A stretch of 64,000 nucleotides of DNA from Bacteroides sp. (GCA_030152865.1 JASLIW010000053.1:27386-91385); one strand, 5' to 3'; positions 51,472 through 62,001 are shown, numbered from the stretch's first letter. The notes: a model not told the origin generated them from the sequence alone. Made by a program: numbers and translations.

Positions 51472-52482
51472 ATGACAAGATTTAGCAGAACCATACTCTC
51501 TCTACTTATTCCCTTAGCCTTAATTGCCTGCGGTAGTAGTAGCAAGAAAAGCTCTACCCAATCTCTAACGCAAAAACCTCTAGCCAAACAAGTAAGCGCG
51601 CCTGTTTTTAATGCAGACAGTGCCTATCACTACATTGAGACACAAGTGAGCTTTGGCCCTAGAGTACCCAATAGCAAAGAACATCAAGCCTGTGCACACT
51701 ACCTTGAGAGGAAGTTAAACCAGCTAGGAGCAAAAGTGTACCGACAAGACTTTGAAGCTGTAGCCTATGACGGGACAATATTAAACGCATCTAACCTCAT
51801 CGGCTCTTATCAGCCCGACAATAAAAAAAGAATTTTACTCTGTGCGCACTGGGACACTCGCCCTTGGGCAGACAATGATCCTAACCCGCAAAATCATCAA
51901 ACCCCCATCTTAGGTGCCAATGATGGTGCAAGTGGGGTTGGTGTTTTATTGGAAGTAGCCAGACAAATACAAATCCAGGCACCTTCTCTGGGCATTGATT
52001 TAGTATTTTTTGATGTGGAAGACTATGGCGCACCTCAGTTTTATGAAGGAGAACACAAGGAAGAACACTGGTGTCTAGGCTCTCAGTACTGGTCTAGATT
52101 CCCACACACACCTAATTACAATGCACGATTTGGCATATTAGTAGATATGGTAGGTGGTAAAAACGCAAGTTTTTATAAGGAAGGATACTCCAATTACTTT
52201 GCTAAAAAAATCACTAAAAAGGTATGGGATCAAGCACACCAACTAGGCTATGGGCAATACTTCATTAAGCAAGAAGGAGGTGCTGTAATAGATGATCACT
52301 TATTCATCAACCAGCTAGCCAACATTAAAACCATTGACATTATTCCTTACCATCCAGAAAACCAGCAATCTTCATTTGGAGATACTTGGCATACCGTCAA
52401 CGACAATATGGATGTGATAAGTAAAGAAACACTACAAGCTGTAGGACAAACTATTTTAGCTATTATATACAACGAAAATTAA
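51472..52482 (+). CDS. M28-family lipoprotein, probable glutaminyl cyclase
   Basis: Lipobox LIAC; FGPRVPNS, AHWDTRP, GANDGASG, DVED, DDH and WHT motifs. The TTG at 51448 lies inside the promoter box TAAATTTG (51443-51450), so the ATG at 51472 is preferred. Confidence 0.8.
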   Translation: MTRFSRTILSLLIPLALIACGSSSKKSSTQSLTQKPLAKQVSAPVFNADSAYHYIETQVSFGPRVPNSKEHQACAHYLERKLNQLGAKVYRQDFEAVAYDGTILNASNLIGSYQPDNKKRILLCAHWDTRPWADNDPNPQNHQTPILGANDGASGVGVLLEVARQIQIQAPSLGIDLVFFDVEDYGAPQFYEGEHKEEHWCLGSQYWSRFPHTPNYNARFGILVDMVGGKNASFYKEGYSNYFAKKITKKVWDQAHQLGYGQYFIKQEGGAVIDDHLFINQLANIKTIDIIPYHPENQQSSFGDTWHTVNDNMDVISKETLQAVGQTILAIIYNEN

Positions 52483-52493
52483 AAAAAAGAACC

Positions 52494-52919
52494 ATGACAA
52501 TAGACGAAATACAAGAAGAGATTATAGAAGAATTTAGTGACTTTGATGATTGGATGGATCGCTACCAGCTACTCATAGATTTAGGTAATGAGCAAGCCCC
52601 ACTAGATCCTAAGTATAAAACCGATCAAAACCTAATTGAAGGCTGTCAAAGTAGAGTGTGGCTACAAGCTGACCTACTAGATGGAAAAGTTGTTTTTCAA
52701 GCTGAAAGTGACGCACTCATTGTAAAAGGAATTATCGCACTACTAATCAAAGTGCTCTCAGGACATACACCAGAAGAGATATTAGCAAGTGACTTACACT
52801 TTATTGATGCTATCGGCTTAAAAGAACACCTCTCACCTACCCGTAGTAATGGCTTATTAGCTATGGTCAAGCAAATGAGAATATATGCTCTAGCATTCAA
52901 AGCTAAGCAGAGTTTGTAA
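52494..52919 (+). CDS. sufE: SufE family sulfur acceptor
   Basis: GCQSRVW, SDALIVKG and LSPTRSNGL motifs. Confidence 0.93.
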   Translation: MTIDEIQEEIIEEFSDFDDWMDRYQLLIDLGNEQAPLDPKYKTDQNLIEGCQSRVWLQADLLDGKVVFQAESDALIVKGIIALLIKVLSGHTPEEILASDLHFIDAIGLKEHLSPTRSNGLLAMVKQMRIYALAFKAKQSL

Positions 52920-52942
52920 AGAAGCCAAATCACTTTAAACAG

Positions 52943-52977
52943 GACCTATACAAAATTAAACCAAAGATGTATAGGTC
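52943..52977. terminator. Hairpin between the convergent sufE and CPBP genes
   Basis: GACCTATACA...TGTATAGGTC with a long loop. Confidence 0.45.
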
Positions 52978-53751
52978 TTATTTTTTGCAACGCAGCAAAC
53001 GCTCTACCAGATAATAAAGTGCGATAAATACTACTAGCGTAATACCTGCTACAGCCCAGCCATAAGGGTGATGTACAGACCAATAAGATGTAATGTCTTT
53101 CTCTTCAGAGCCAGGCTCCATCTGACTAAGAGCATACATAAAAAAACCATTGTTTAAAATATGAAGTATTACAGATGGAAGTATGCTACGAACACGCCAA
53201 TACATCCACCCAAAAAGCAAACCTAAACAACTTGCTCCTAACACTTGTACAGGCGTTATATGAAGTATTCCAAAAACCAAAGCTGAAAGAGCAATCGCTA
53301 CAGCTGGACTGCTTACCTTTAGCATACTCTCCATAAGAATACGCCTAAAAACGATTTCCTCTACAATTGGAACAAGTACTACGACATTAAATAGGCCTAA
53401 AAATCCCGTAGCTAACAAGGTTTTAGTCTGCTCTAATAGGCTTTCATGTGCATCCATAAAAAAAGAAAGAATAAAACTATTTAGAGCAACCCCTAAAAAG
53501 CCCATACTTACTAAGCAAACCAACAAAAGTGGTGAAATAGACTTCCAATGATCTGGCGCACGCTTAATAGGATTCCAGAAATATAAGATTACTAAAGTCA
53601 GTATGGAGCCTATAAATGAGAGGAATCCTATGAACATATATTTCTGGTCTAAACCCTCCACAGGAAAGAGTGATGAAATACTACCCATCACAACTTTGAC
53701 AAGCAAGAATACGCCAACAACACTAAGGACTTTTAGTAACTGATCCTTCAT
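52978..53751 (-). CDS. CPBP (CAAX/Abi) family intramembrane metalloprotease
   Basis: EEIVFR, FGILH and HILNN motifs; multiple TMs. Confidence 0.92.
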   Translation of the reverse strand: MKDQLLKVLSVVGVFLLVKVVMGSISSLFPVEGLDQKYMFIGFLSFIGSILTLVILYFWNPIKRAPDHWKSISPLLLVCLVSMGFLGVALNSFILSFFMDAHESLLEQTKTLLATGFLGLFNVVVLVPIVEEIVFRRILMESMLKVSSPAVAIALSALVFGILHITPVQVLGASCLGLLFGWMYWRVRSILPSVILHILNNGFFMYALSQMEPGSEEKDITSYWSVHHPYGWAVAGITLVVFIALYYLVERLLRCKK

Positions 53752-53757
53752 AGCTTT

Positions 53758-54699
53758 CTATTCAGCATAAGATGCTATCAGTTGACGCACATCCTTTTCA
53801 TCCTGATGCAACTGCTCAATCAGAAGATCCAAAGTCTCAAACTTCACCTCGGGTCGTAACCACTTCATAAAGCTCAGTTTGATTTTCGCTCCATAGATAT
53901 CTGCTTTAAAGTCAAGAATATTCACCTCTACAGTACGAATAGCCTTGCTATCCACCGTTGGGCAAACACCTATATTTAACATGCCCCAATAATCTTTAGC
54001 AAAGCCCTCAATTTCTACTTTAACAGCATACACACCATCTTTTGGCAACAGCTTATCCTCTGCTATTTCACCAACATTAGCAGTTGGAAACCCAATGGTT
54101 CTTCCGAGCTTTTTCCCTTGGATCACAGTACCTCTTACAAAATAAGAGTAGCCTAAATACTTTTTTACCTCTTCCAGATTAGCCTCTTCCAACGCATTTC
54201 GTATAGCAGTAGAGCTTACATCCACACCATCTTTATAATAAGCCTTGGCTTGTAACACCTCAATACCCAGCTCTTTCCCATACCTACAATAGTCTTCAAA
54301 CCCTTCTGCTCTGTTATGCCCAAAGCGATGGTCATAACCAATTACAAGTACGCGAACCTGAAACTGATCGCGAAGCACTTTCCTCATAAAGTCGTATGCA
54401 GTAAACTGCGACAGCTCTTTGGTAAAATCAAGTAAAAAACAATAATCAAGATCCGTTTGTGCCAACAGCTCTAACTTCTCTTGCTTAACACTCAAATGAC
54501 TCAGCTTTAGTGAAGGATTCATTACTTTTCCAGGATGAACTGGGAAGCTTACAATACCCGATTTAAGACCTCGTTTATGGGCTTCTTCTACAAGTTGCTG
54601 TACCAGAAATCGATGACCCAAGTGGACTCCATCAAAAAAACCTATGGTAGCTACACATGGCTCTACCTCTACTGTCGTTTGCTTATCTATAGTCTGCAT
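53758..54699 (-). CDS. ribF: Bifunctional riboflavin kinase / FAD synthetase
   Basis: GFFDGVHLGH, SSTAIR, GRTIGFPTAN and GVYA motifs. Confidence 0.97.
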   Translation of the reverse strand: MQTIDKQTTVEVEPCVATIGFFDGVHLGHRFLVQQLVEEAHKRGLKSGIVSFPVHPGKVMNPSLKLSHLSVKQEKLELLAQTDLDYCFLLDFTKELSQFTAYDFMRKVLRDQFQVRVLVIGYDHRFGHNRAEGFEDYCRYGKELGIEVLQAKAYYKDGVDVSSTAIRNALEEANLEEVKKYLGYSYFVRGTVIQGKKLGRTIGFPTANVGEIAEDKLLPKDGVYAVKVEIEGFAKDYWGMLNIGVCPTVDSKAIRTVEVNILDFKADIYGAKIKLSFMKWLRPEVKFETLDLLIEQLHQDEKDVRQLIASYAE

Positions 54700-54711
54700 A
54701 TTGAACGTGAT

Positions 54712-55344
54712 TTAATCAAATAGAAAACTCCAGTTTTCATTGGGTTGCGGGGTATAAGTCTTTAGACCTAACGCTTGAGCTGCCTTTGTATTTTCCGGTC
54801 TATCATCAATAAACAAAGTTTCATTTGGCTCTAAATTAGCATCTTGCAGCACCCTTTCAAAAATGGCTTTCTCTGGTTTGCAAGCTTGTAAACGAAATGA
54901 CAGGTACTCTTGTTCAAAAAAATCATCTGCCTGAAAGCCTTTGTATCGAAACGGGTTTTCTAGAGCCCACTCCCAGTGAATACTGTTAGTATTACTCAGC
55001 AAATAAACCACATAACGACTTCGTAAATCTAATAATAAGTCCAGCTTATAACGAGGAATTCCAACTAACATACCATTCCAGGCGTAATCAATATCCTCAT
55101 TACTAGCATCTAGAAGCTCTTCATTATGAGTTCTAATAAATGTTCTAAACTCTGCGGCATCCATCTCACCTCGCTCAAACTGAAGCCATACACGAACAAA
55201 GGCCTCACTCTTTAAGAAGGCTGCTGCACCTCTCATTCCTATCTCCTCAAAACGATTCGTACATCTTTCTGGGTCAATATCAATTAAGACACCACCCAAA
55301 TCAAATATTATATTACAAATCCCTTTTGTCCTCATCTTCATCAA
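54712..55344 (-). CDS. HAD family phosphatase (YihX-like)
   Basis: FDLGGVL, LSNTN, KP and FIDD motifs; ATGA overlap with the P-type ATPase stop. Confidence 0.9.
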   Translation of the reverse strand: MMKMRTKGICNIIFDLGGVLIDIDPERCTNRFEEIGMRGAAAFLKSEAFVRVWLQFERGEMDAAEFRTFIRTHNEELLDASNEDIDYAWNGMLVGIPRYKLDLLLDLRSRYVVYLLSNTNSIHWEWALENPFRYKGFQADDFFEQEYLSFRLQACKPEKAIFERVLQDANLEPNETLFIDDRPENTKAAQALGLKTYTPQPNENWSFLFD

Positions 55345-57953
55345 ATTTTTCTAATTCTCTTTATCATTCTACTGATCTCACCTACAAGCAAAACAAGTGA
55401 GCTCAGGCCTATTATCTGCACCCATGAAGCCATTGTAAGCGGCTCACATCTAAATACTGCTCCACCAAACTCTACAATGAAAATTTGTCCCACTAGTACC
55501 AAAAGAGCTACAAGCCCAAATGCTTTGGATTGACAAAGCCCTTTAAATGCAGACTCATGAGTACCAAATACCCTTACATTAAATAAATTCCAAAACTGCA
55601 AAAGCACAAAAAAAGTAAAAAAGTAAGTTAGACGATAAGTAGTCAACCCACCAGATAAGCTCTTAAAGTAAACAAGCTGTCCCAAAAGAACGCCTAAAAA
55701 CAACAATGCCGTACCCATTATGCTAAGTCCCATGTGCTTACTTATAATAAAATCTTTGGGATTGCGCGGCTTTTCCCTCATAACAGACTTACTAGGAGGA
55801 ATAGAAGCAAGGGCCAAGGCAGCAAAAGTATCCATAATTAAGTTTACCCATAACATTTGAGTAATTGTAAGAGGGAGTTCAGCTCCACCTAGCCCACCTA
55901 AGAGTACAACTAACAAGGCTAAAACATTAATTGTAAGTTGAAAAACAATAAATCGTTGAATGTTTCGGTAGAGTGAGCGCCCCCACATCACAGCTGTACC
56001 TATACTCGTAAAAGAGTCATCGAGTAAGGTGATGTCACTAGCTTCTTTAGCCACAGCCGTACCTGAGCCCATAGACAAGCCCACTTGAGCGAAATTCAAA
56101 GCAGGAGCATCATTTGTTCCATCTCCCGTAACTGCCACAACCTCTCCCTTCTGTTGCAATAAGCGCACTAGACGCTGTTTGTGAGTAGGACGAGCACGTG
56201 ACATGATCAACAAGCCCTGAACACGCTCCAAGGCTTCATCATCACTCAAAGATTCAAACTCAGGGCCAGTAATACTAGCTGAGTCTGCTGTGTTTTCGTC
56301 CCACAACCCAATCTGTCGTGCAATTTCACGAGCCGTCAAAAAAGTATCTCCTGTAACAATTTTCACCTGAATACCTGCAGATAAGCAAGATTGAACAGCC
56401 TCGGGAACTTCCTCACGAATCGGATCAACGATACCAACATAAGCCAAACATTTAAAATCACAATGACGACTTAAATCATCTAGCTGAAATGATGTATCAG
56501 CTACTTCTAAGTAAGCAAAAGCAAGCGTTCGCATGGCTTGAGCCTGCATATGCTTTAGATTCACTTGAACAGATGTTCGCTCAGCATCGCTTAATTTACA
56601 ATAAGATAATATAACCTCAGGAGCTCCCTTTATAAAGACTACTTCTTTTCCTAAAGCCACTGACTTCACACGTGTAGCCATAAGTTTTCGCTCCGTAGAG
56701 AAAGGGAGCTGCTCAAGTACAACATGAGCTTCGCGAAGTGCCAAATAATCTAGTTGTTTGTTATCCAGCCAGTGTAGTAGAGCCACCTCGGTAGGATTGC
56801 CAATACCGCTCTTGTCTTCTTCTGACAAATAAGCAGTTGAATTAACCGCTATATTCTCGACTAATAGTTGCTCAGCCTCAGCATCTAAAAGACACACGGA
56901 CTGAACTGTCATCTTATTTTGAGTTAGGGTACCAGTCTTATCGGTACAAATAGTGGTTATTGCCCCCATGGTTTCTGAAGCATGCATTTTCCGTACCAGG
57001 TTATTAGTTTTAAGCATACGCTTCATATTCAGAGCCAAGCTCAAGGTAACACTCATTGGTAAGCCCTCAGGTACAGCCACCACAAGCAAGGTTACAGCGA
57101 TCATAAAATACTTCAATACAATCTCCGCAACATCCACATAATTACTCCAGGCGGATAATGAGTGTGATTGAAAATAGAAAAAGAGGTCCCTACAGCTAAA
57201 ACTAACAAAAACAACGAGGGCTATTCCAAAACCTATTTTACCAATAAACTTTGCGAGCTTTGTTAATTGCTGCTGTAAGGGTGTTTCTACTGTACTTTCT
57301 TCTTGTGTAAGACGACTAAGTTTGCCTATTTCCGTTGCATCGCCTACCTTCTCAACAAGAAACACAGCATGACCATCTAGAACAGTGGTGCCACGTAGTA
57401 CATAATTTGAAGGATAAGTTGCTTCCGAGTCAAAATGTGTTGGGTCAGTAAATTTAAAGACAATCGTTTCTCCCGTCAAGGAAGACTCGTTGACTTGAAG
57501 GGAGCTAGCAGTAACCAGATAACCGTCTGCTGGAATCTCCTCACCTTGCTCTAACAGCACGATATCTCCAACAACTAGGTCTTTTCGAGCTATAAGCTGT
57601 ACATGTCCATCGCGAATTACTTTAGAGTGCACATCTGCACTAACCACATTCAGCAGATTAAACTTCTTTTGTGCATCATACTCAAAATAAAAACCAATAG
57701 TAGTCGCCAAAAAAATAGCGATAAAAATCCCAATAGTTTCTATGTAGTCATTATGTAGATAGGAGATTGCTAAAGATAAACAAGCAGCTATAAGCAAGAT
57801 CTGTATGATTGGATCCTTGTATTTCTCTAAATAGAGCTGCCATAAAGAATTTTTCTTGTTAGGAGTAATCTCATTCTCGCCAAACTGTTTTCTGTTTTTC
57901 TCTACAGCCTCAGCTGATAGACCTTTTTTGAGAAACTCTTCAGATATTTCCAT
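55341..57953 (-). CDS. Calcium-translocating P-type ATPase (PMCA-type)
   Basis: TGE, VPEGL, DKTGTLT, GNPTE, KGAPE, GDGTNDAPAL and WVNLIMD motifs. Confidence 0.93.
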   Translation of the reverse strand: MEISEEFLKKGLSAEAVEKNRKQFGENEITPNKKNSLWQLYLEKYKDPIIQILLIAACLSLAISYLHNDYIETIGIFIAIFLATTIGFYFEYDAQKKFNLLNVVSADVHSKVIRDGHVQLIARKDLVVGDIVLLEQGEEIPADGYLVTASSLQVNESSLTGETIVFKFTDPTHFDSEATYPSNYVLRGTTVLDGHAVFLVEKVGDATEIGKLSRLTQEESTVETPLQQQLTKLAKFIGKIGFGIALVVFVSFSCRDLFFYFQSHSLSAWSNYVDVAEIVLKYFMIAVTLLVVAVPEGLPMSVTLSLALNMKRMLKTNNLVRKMHASETMGAITTICTDKTGTLTQNKMTVQSVCLLDAEAEQLLVENIAVNSTAYLSEEDKSGIGNPTEVALLHWLDNKQLDYLALREAHVVLEQLPFSTERKLMATRVKSVALGKEVVFIKGAPEVILSYCKLSDAERTSVQVNLKHMQAQAMRTLAFAYLEVADTSFQLDDLSRHCDFKCLAYVGIVDPIREEVPEAVQSCLSAGIQVKIVTGDTFLTAREIARQIGLWDENTADSASITGPEFESLSDDEALERVQGLLIMSRARPTHKQRLVRLLQQKGEVVAVTGDGTNDAPALNFAQVGLSMGSGTAVAKEASDITLLDDSFTSIGTAVMWGRSLYRNIQRFIVFQLTINVLALLVVLLGGLGGAELPLTITQMLWVNLIMDTFAALALASIPPSKSVMREKPRNPKDFIISKHMGLSIMGTALLFLGVLLGQLVYFKSLSGGLTTYRLTYFFTFFVLLQFWNLFNVRVFGTHESAFKGLCQSKAFGLVALLVLVGQIFIVEFGGAVFRCEPLTMASWVQIIGLSSLVLLVGEISRMIKRIRKI

Positions 57954-58158
57954 TTCCTATTTTCATCTTGTTAGCTAGACAAAAATACAATTATTATTGT
58001 GGATTCGTCCCATAAGATTCTGATTTAATTATACCCTTAAAACAAAGCAAATGATTATCTTTACCCTTACATTTAAAGCAATATTATCCCATATAGAGAA
58101 CATATTGCTTAAAGCATTGTTAAGAGAGAAGAATTACGAACAAAAAAAACAAAAGATT

Positions 58159-58323
58159 ATGAAAAAGTACATTTGCACTGTTTGTGAGTATATTTATGAT
58201 CCAGTAGAAGGCGATCCAGATTCAGGCATCGAACCAGGAACTGCTTTTGAAGATATCCCAGAAGATTGGGTATGCCCACTATGCGGTGTTGGAAAAGAAG
58301 ATTTTGAAGTTTACGAAGATTAA
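58159..58323 (+). CDS. Rubredoxin (54 aa)
   Basis: [15 protein letters not shown]...WVCPLCGV. The ATG at 58159 gives the canonical length, whereas the track's 58051 start adds a non-homologous extension. Confidence 0.96.
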   Translation: MKKYICTVCEYIYDPVEGDPDSGIEPGTAFEDIPEDWVCPLCGVGKEDFEVYED

Positions 58324-58342
58324 TTGTAAACCTAAGAAAAAG

Positions 58343-58374
58343 AAAAGTCCGTTGAATTATCAACGGACTTTTTT
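58343..58374. terminator. Bidirectional terminator between rubredoxin and the Na/Pi cotransporter
   Basis: AAAAGTCCGTTGA-ATTA-TCAACGGACTTTTTT. Confidence 0.85.
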
Positions 58375-58384
58375 ATACTGATAC

Positions 58385-60124
58385 CTATACAGGCTTCTTA
58401 TCTCTCAAATCACTACTTGCCTCTACTACATTAATCACATAATCTCCAAGCTTCTCACACTCTATGATTAAGTCCATGTAATAAACACCCGTTTGATAAT
58501 CATACTCCTTGTTGTTTACGTCCAAGATGTTCTGATTTTTCAACTGACTTCGGTAGTTGTTAATCTCATTCTCTATGTTGTATGATTTATTAATGTCTGC
58601 ATTGCTATAATGATCTCCTCGCTCTAGGACAACAATCATCTGTGTTAGCGCATCATTAGTCAACTTCATCATGAAGTGAATATGATCATATTGTTTCTCT
58701 GTAAATTCAGAGCCTGCCTGGCGCTTACGATTGATGGTACGAGCTAAGTTGTAACAACTATCTCCTATACTCTCAATCTCTGTAACCTCTCGTAACATAG
58801 TACGTATCCTTAGCTTACTTTCAGAGCTCAGTCTACCCTCAGAGACTTTATTAAGATAGTTGGCTATCTCCAACTCCATGTTATCACTGATATTCTCATA
58901 CTTCTCAATGCGTTCATAAAGATTAGCAAACTCGCTATCTTCTTCTGTATGTAACAGCTCCCGAACCATTCCATACATACGATGAATACGTTCTGAAAAC
59001 AGATGTATCTCCTTATGCGCTTGCAAGATAGAAAGCTCTGATGTTGAAAGCATACCACCTGTAATATAACGCAACCTAGGTTCATCTTTATCGTCTTCTT
59101 TGGGGCGGATGAAGAAACATACTGTTTTTTCAATAAACTTCACCATCCAGATAAGGAGTAAGACATTGCATACATTAAATATAGTATGAAAGGTAGACAA
59201 CATGTATGAAATAACTACAGGATCTGCATTAGGGTCATTGGGGGTAATAGCTGCCTTAACCGCTTCTGGGCTAGTTACTAAACCTACAACCCAGCCCACA
59301 AAATTCATAAACGGGTGAAATAATAACACCACCCAAATCACTCCAAAAACATTAAACACAAAGTGAGCAAAAGCAGCCCTCTTTGCCTGAGTGTTGGCTG
59401 TCAACGCCGCTAAGTTGGCTGTAATAGTAGTACCTATGTTTTCTCCTAAGACCAAAGCTGCTCCTAATTCAACACTAATCCAGCCGTTGGCACACATCAC
59501 TAAAGTGATAGCCATAGTGGCCGCAGAGGCTTGAACAATAACTGTTAGAATCGTACCGATGAAGAGGAACAAAAGAATAGAGAAAAAACCATAATCCGTA
59601 AACTGCGTTACAAAATGCAACATTTCGGGGTTCTGGTCCAAGTCTGGAGCACTATCCTTTAAGCTCGTAAGCCCCATAAACAAGAAGGCAAAACCAAATA
59701 AAAACTCCCCAACATATTTGCGATTACTCTTTCCTGAGAATATAAGAGGGAGAGCAATAGCTAAAATGGGGAGTGCAAAGGAGTTTACATCTATACTAAA
59801 ACCACCAATCGAGATAAGCCAAGCCGTGACTGTCGTACCAATATTGGCACCCATAATGACACTGATTGACTCAGCTAAAGTAAGAAGTCCAGCATTTACA
59901 AAACTAACGACCATCACAGTGGTTGCTGAAGAGGACTGTATTAGTGCTGTAATAAGAACACCGGTTAACATCCCTGTTACTCGGTTGGTTGTCATAGCTG
60001 TTAAGATACTTCTCAAGCGGTCTCCAGCAAACTTCTGCAACCCTTCACTCATTATCTTCATCCCATAGAGGAATAACCCTAAGGAACCAATGAGCTGTAG
60101 TAAATCGTTAAATGAATAATCCAT
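58385..60124 (-). CDS. Na+/phosphate cotransporter family protein with PhoU-like C-terminal domain
   Basis: QSSSATT, GANIGTT, QASAAT, GENIGTT, ESIGD and EKLGD motifs. Confidence 0.93.
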   Translation of the reverse strand: MDYSFNDLLQLIGSLGLFLYGMKIMSEGLQKFAGDRLRSILTAMTTNRVTGMLTGVLITALIQSSSATTVMVVSFVNAGLLTLAESISVIMGANIGTTVTAWLISIGGFSIDVNSFALPILAIALPLIFSGKSNRKYVGEFLFGFAFLFMGLTSLKDSAPDLDQNPEMLHFVTQFTDYGFFSILLFLFIGTILTVIVQASAATMAITLVMCANGWISVELGAALVLGENIGTTITANLAALTANTQAKRAAFAHFVFNVFGVIWVVLLFHPFMNFVGWVVGLVTSPEAVKAAITPNDPNADPVVISYMLSTFHTIFNVCNVLLLIWMVKFIEKTVCFFIRPKEDDKDEPRLRYITGGMLSTSELSILQAHKEIHLFSERIHRMYGMVRELLHTEEDSEFANLYERIEKYENISDNMELEIANYLNKVSEGRLSSESKLRIRTMLREVTEIESIGDSCYNLARTINRKRQAGSEFTEKQYDHIHFMMKLTNDALTQMIVVLERGDHYSNADINKSYNIENEINNYRSQLKNQNILDVNNKEYDYQTGVYYMDLIIECEKLGDYVINVVEASSDLRDKKPV

Positions 60125-60209
60125 CTATTACTTTCAATTGATGATTAGTTGCTATTGTAGCAATATTTCTATATTTTGCTTTGCCATATAACCCTCAAAA
60201 TAAGAATAT

Positions 60210-61883
60210 ATGAAGCAATCGATACAAATATATTGCAAAAATAACAATATCTATAAAGATTTCCCTATTGGTTCTAGTCTTTTGGATATTTATAATGGTT
60301 TTAATCTGGATTTCAGCCATCCAGTGGTGAGTGCAACAGTCAATAACCGCATACAAGGACTCCGATATAAGGTCTATAGTAATAAAGATATTGAATTCTT
60401 AGACTGCAGAAACCCATCGGCTATGCGTACCTATGTGCGTTCTCTCTGCTTCGTTTTATACAAAGCAGCTATTGAGCTCTACCCACAGGCAAAGCTACGC
60501 GTTGAACATCCAGTATCTAAAGGCTACTTTTGCAAGCTAGACATAGGACGTGAACTCTCTTTAGATGATATCGAGCAGGTCAAAAAGAAAATGCAAGAGA
60601 TCATAGATGCTGATTTACCCTTTTATAGAAAAGAGTGCCGTACAACTGAAGCTATTTCCCTATTTAAAGAGCAGGGACATACAGATAAGGTAAAGCTTTT
60701 GGAGACATCAGGTTCAATCTATACGTACTACTACGAGCTAGGTGATACAATAGACTATTACTATGGCAATCTCCTCCCTAGTACTGGATTTATCCAGGTA
60801 TATGATATCATTAAGTATTACGATGGCATTCTTCTTCGTATTCCCAACAAAAACAACCCTGCAGTCTTAGATGATCTTATTAAACAAGAGAAAATGCTAG
60901 ATGTGTTTAAAGAACACCTACGCTGGCATGACATCATGGGTGTGCGTACCGTTGGTGATTTAAACATGGCTTGCCGAGAAGGATATGCTACGGCCTTAAT
61001 TAATGTTGCTGAAGCCCTCCAAGAAAAGAAGATAGCTCAAATTGCAGATGATATATACCATAAAGGCTCAAATGGTGATCGAATTAAAGTCGTATTGATC
61101 TCAGGACCTTCTTCATCTGGTAAAACGACATTTAGCAAAAGATTATCCATTCAGCTCATGACCAATGGGTTAAAACCTGTTCCTATCTCGCTTGATAATT
61201 ATTTTGTAGAACGAGAAGATACTCCTAAGGATAAAAATGGGGAGTATGATTATGAGTCACTCTACGCACTAGACTTAGACCTCTTTGATCAGCAACTTCA
61301 ATCTCTACTGAAAGGTGAGGAAGTGAGTCTACCTACATTTAATTTTGAAACAGGAAAAAAGGAATATAAAGGCAACACCTTACAGCTTCACGAAAACAAC
61401 ATTCTGATTCTCGAAGGTATTCATGCCTTAAACCCTGAACTAACCCCACACATCAAGCGAGAAAATAAATATATGATTTATGTGTCTGCCTTGACCACAA
61501 TTTCGCTAGATGATCACAACTGGATTCCAACTACGGACAATCGACTTTTAAGAAGAATTATTCGAGATTTTAACTACCGTAACTATTCTGCTGAGGAGAC
61601 TATTAGCAGGTGGCACAGCGTGAGAGAAGGTGAAGACAAGTGGATTTTCCCCTACCAAGAGAATGCAGATGCGATGTTCAACTCTGCACTACTTTTTGAG
61701 TTAGCCGTATTAAGACAATATGCAGAACCCATTTTAATGTGTGTACCACGCAATGACCCAGCCTATGCCGAAGCTTATCGACTCTTGAAGTTTCTTAAGT
61801 TTTTCCACCCTATACAAGACAAAGAGATACCTCCAACATCTCTGCTGAGGGAGTTTTTAGGTGGTAGTAGTTTCAAGTATTAG
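60210..61883 (+). CDS. Nucleoside (uridine) kinase family protein with N-terminal ThrRS-like region
   Basis: GPSSSGKTT, SLDNYF, EGIHALNP and RRIIRD motifs; about 280-aa N-terminal extension resembling ThrRS N-terminal domains. Confidence 0.85.
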   Translation: MKQSIQIYCKNNNIYKDFPIGSSLLDIYNGFNLDFSHPVVSATVNNRIQGLRYKVYSNKDIEFLDCRNPSAMRTYVRSLCFVLYKAAIELYPQAKLRVEHPVSKGYFCKLDIGRELSLDDIEQVKKKMQEIIDADLPFYRKECRTTEAISLFKEQGHTDKVKLLETSGSIYTYYYELGDTIDYYYGNLLPSTGFIQVYDIIKYYDGILLRIPNKNNPAVLDDLIKQEKMLDVFKEHLRWHDIMGVRTVGDLNMACREGYATALINVAEALQEKKIAQIADDIYHKGSNGDRIKVVLISGPSSSGKTTFSKRLSIQLMTNGLKPVPISLDNYFVEREDTPKDKNGEYDYESLYALDLDLFDQQLQSLLKGEEVSLPTFNFETGKKEYKGNTLQLHENNILILEGIHALNPELTPHIKRENKYMIYVSALTTISLDDHNWIPTTDNRLLRRIIRDFNYRNYSAEETISRWHSVREGEDKWIFPYQENADAMFNSALLFELAVLRQYAEPILMCVPRNDPAYAEAYRLLKFLKFFHPIQDKEIPPTSLLREFLGGSSFKY

Positions 61884-61925
61884 TTTGGCAGGGATGTACA
61901 TCCCTTTAGACCCTGATATATACAC

Positions 61926-61968
61926 AAAAGGTCCCTGATACATGCTTGTTGTATCAGGGACCTTTTTT
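61926..61968. terminator. Bidirectional terminator between the kinase and aminopeptidase P genes
   Basis: AAAAGGTCCCTGATACA-TGCTTGT-TGTATCAGGGACCTTTTTT. Confidence 0.85.
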
Positions 61969-62001
61969 AGCTATCACTCAAGACTAAAATAAGCCTTGGT
62001 C

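Noticed and set aside
52978..53751. CPBP/Abi protein as a phage abortive-infection gene
   Set aside because: The Abi label of this family does not imply defence, and the gene ends a housekeeping operon (P-type ATPase, HAD, ribF).
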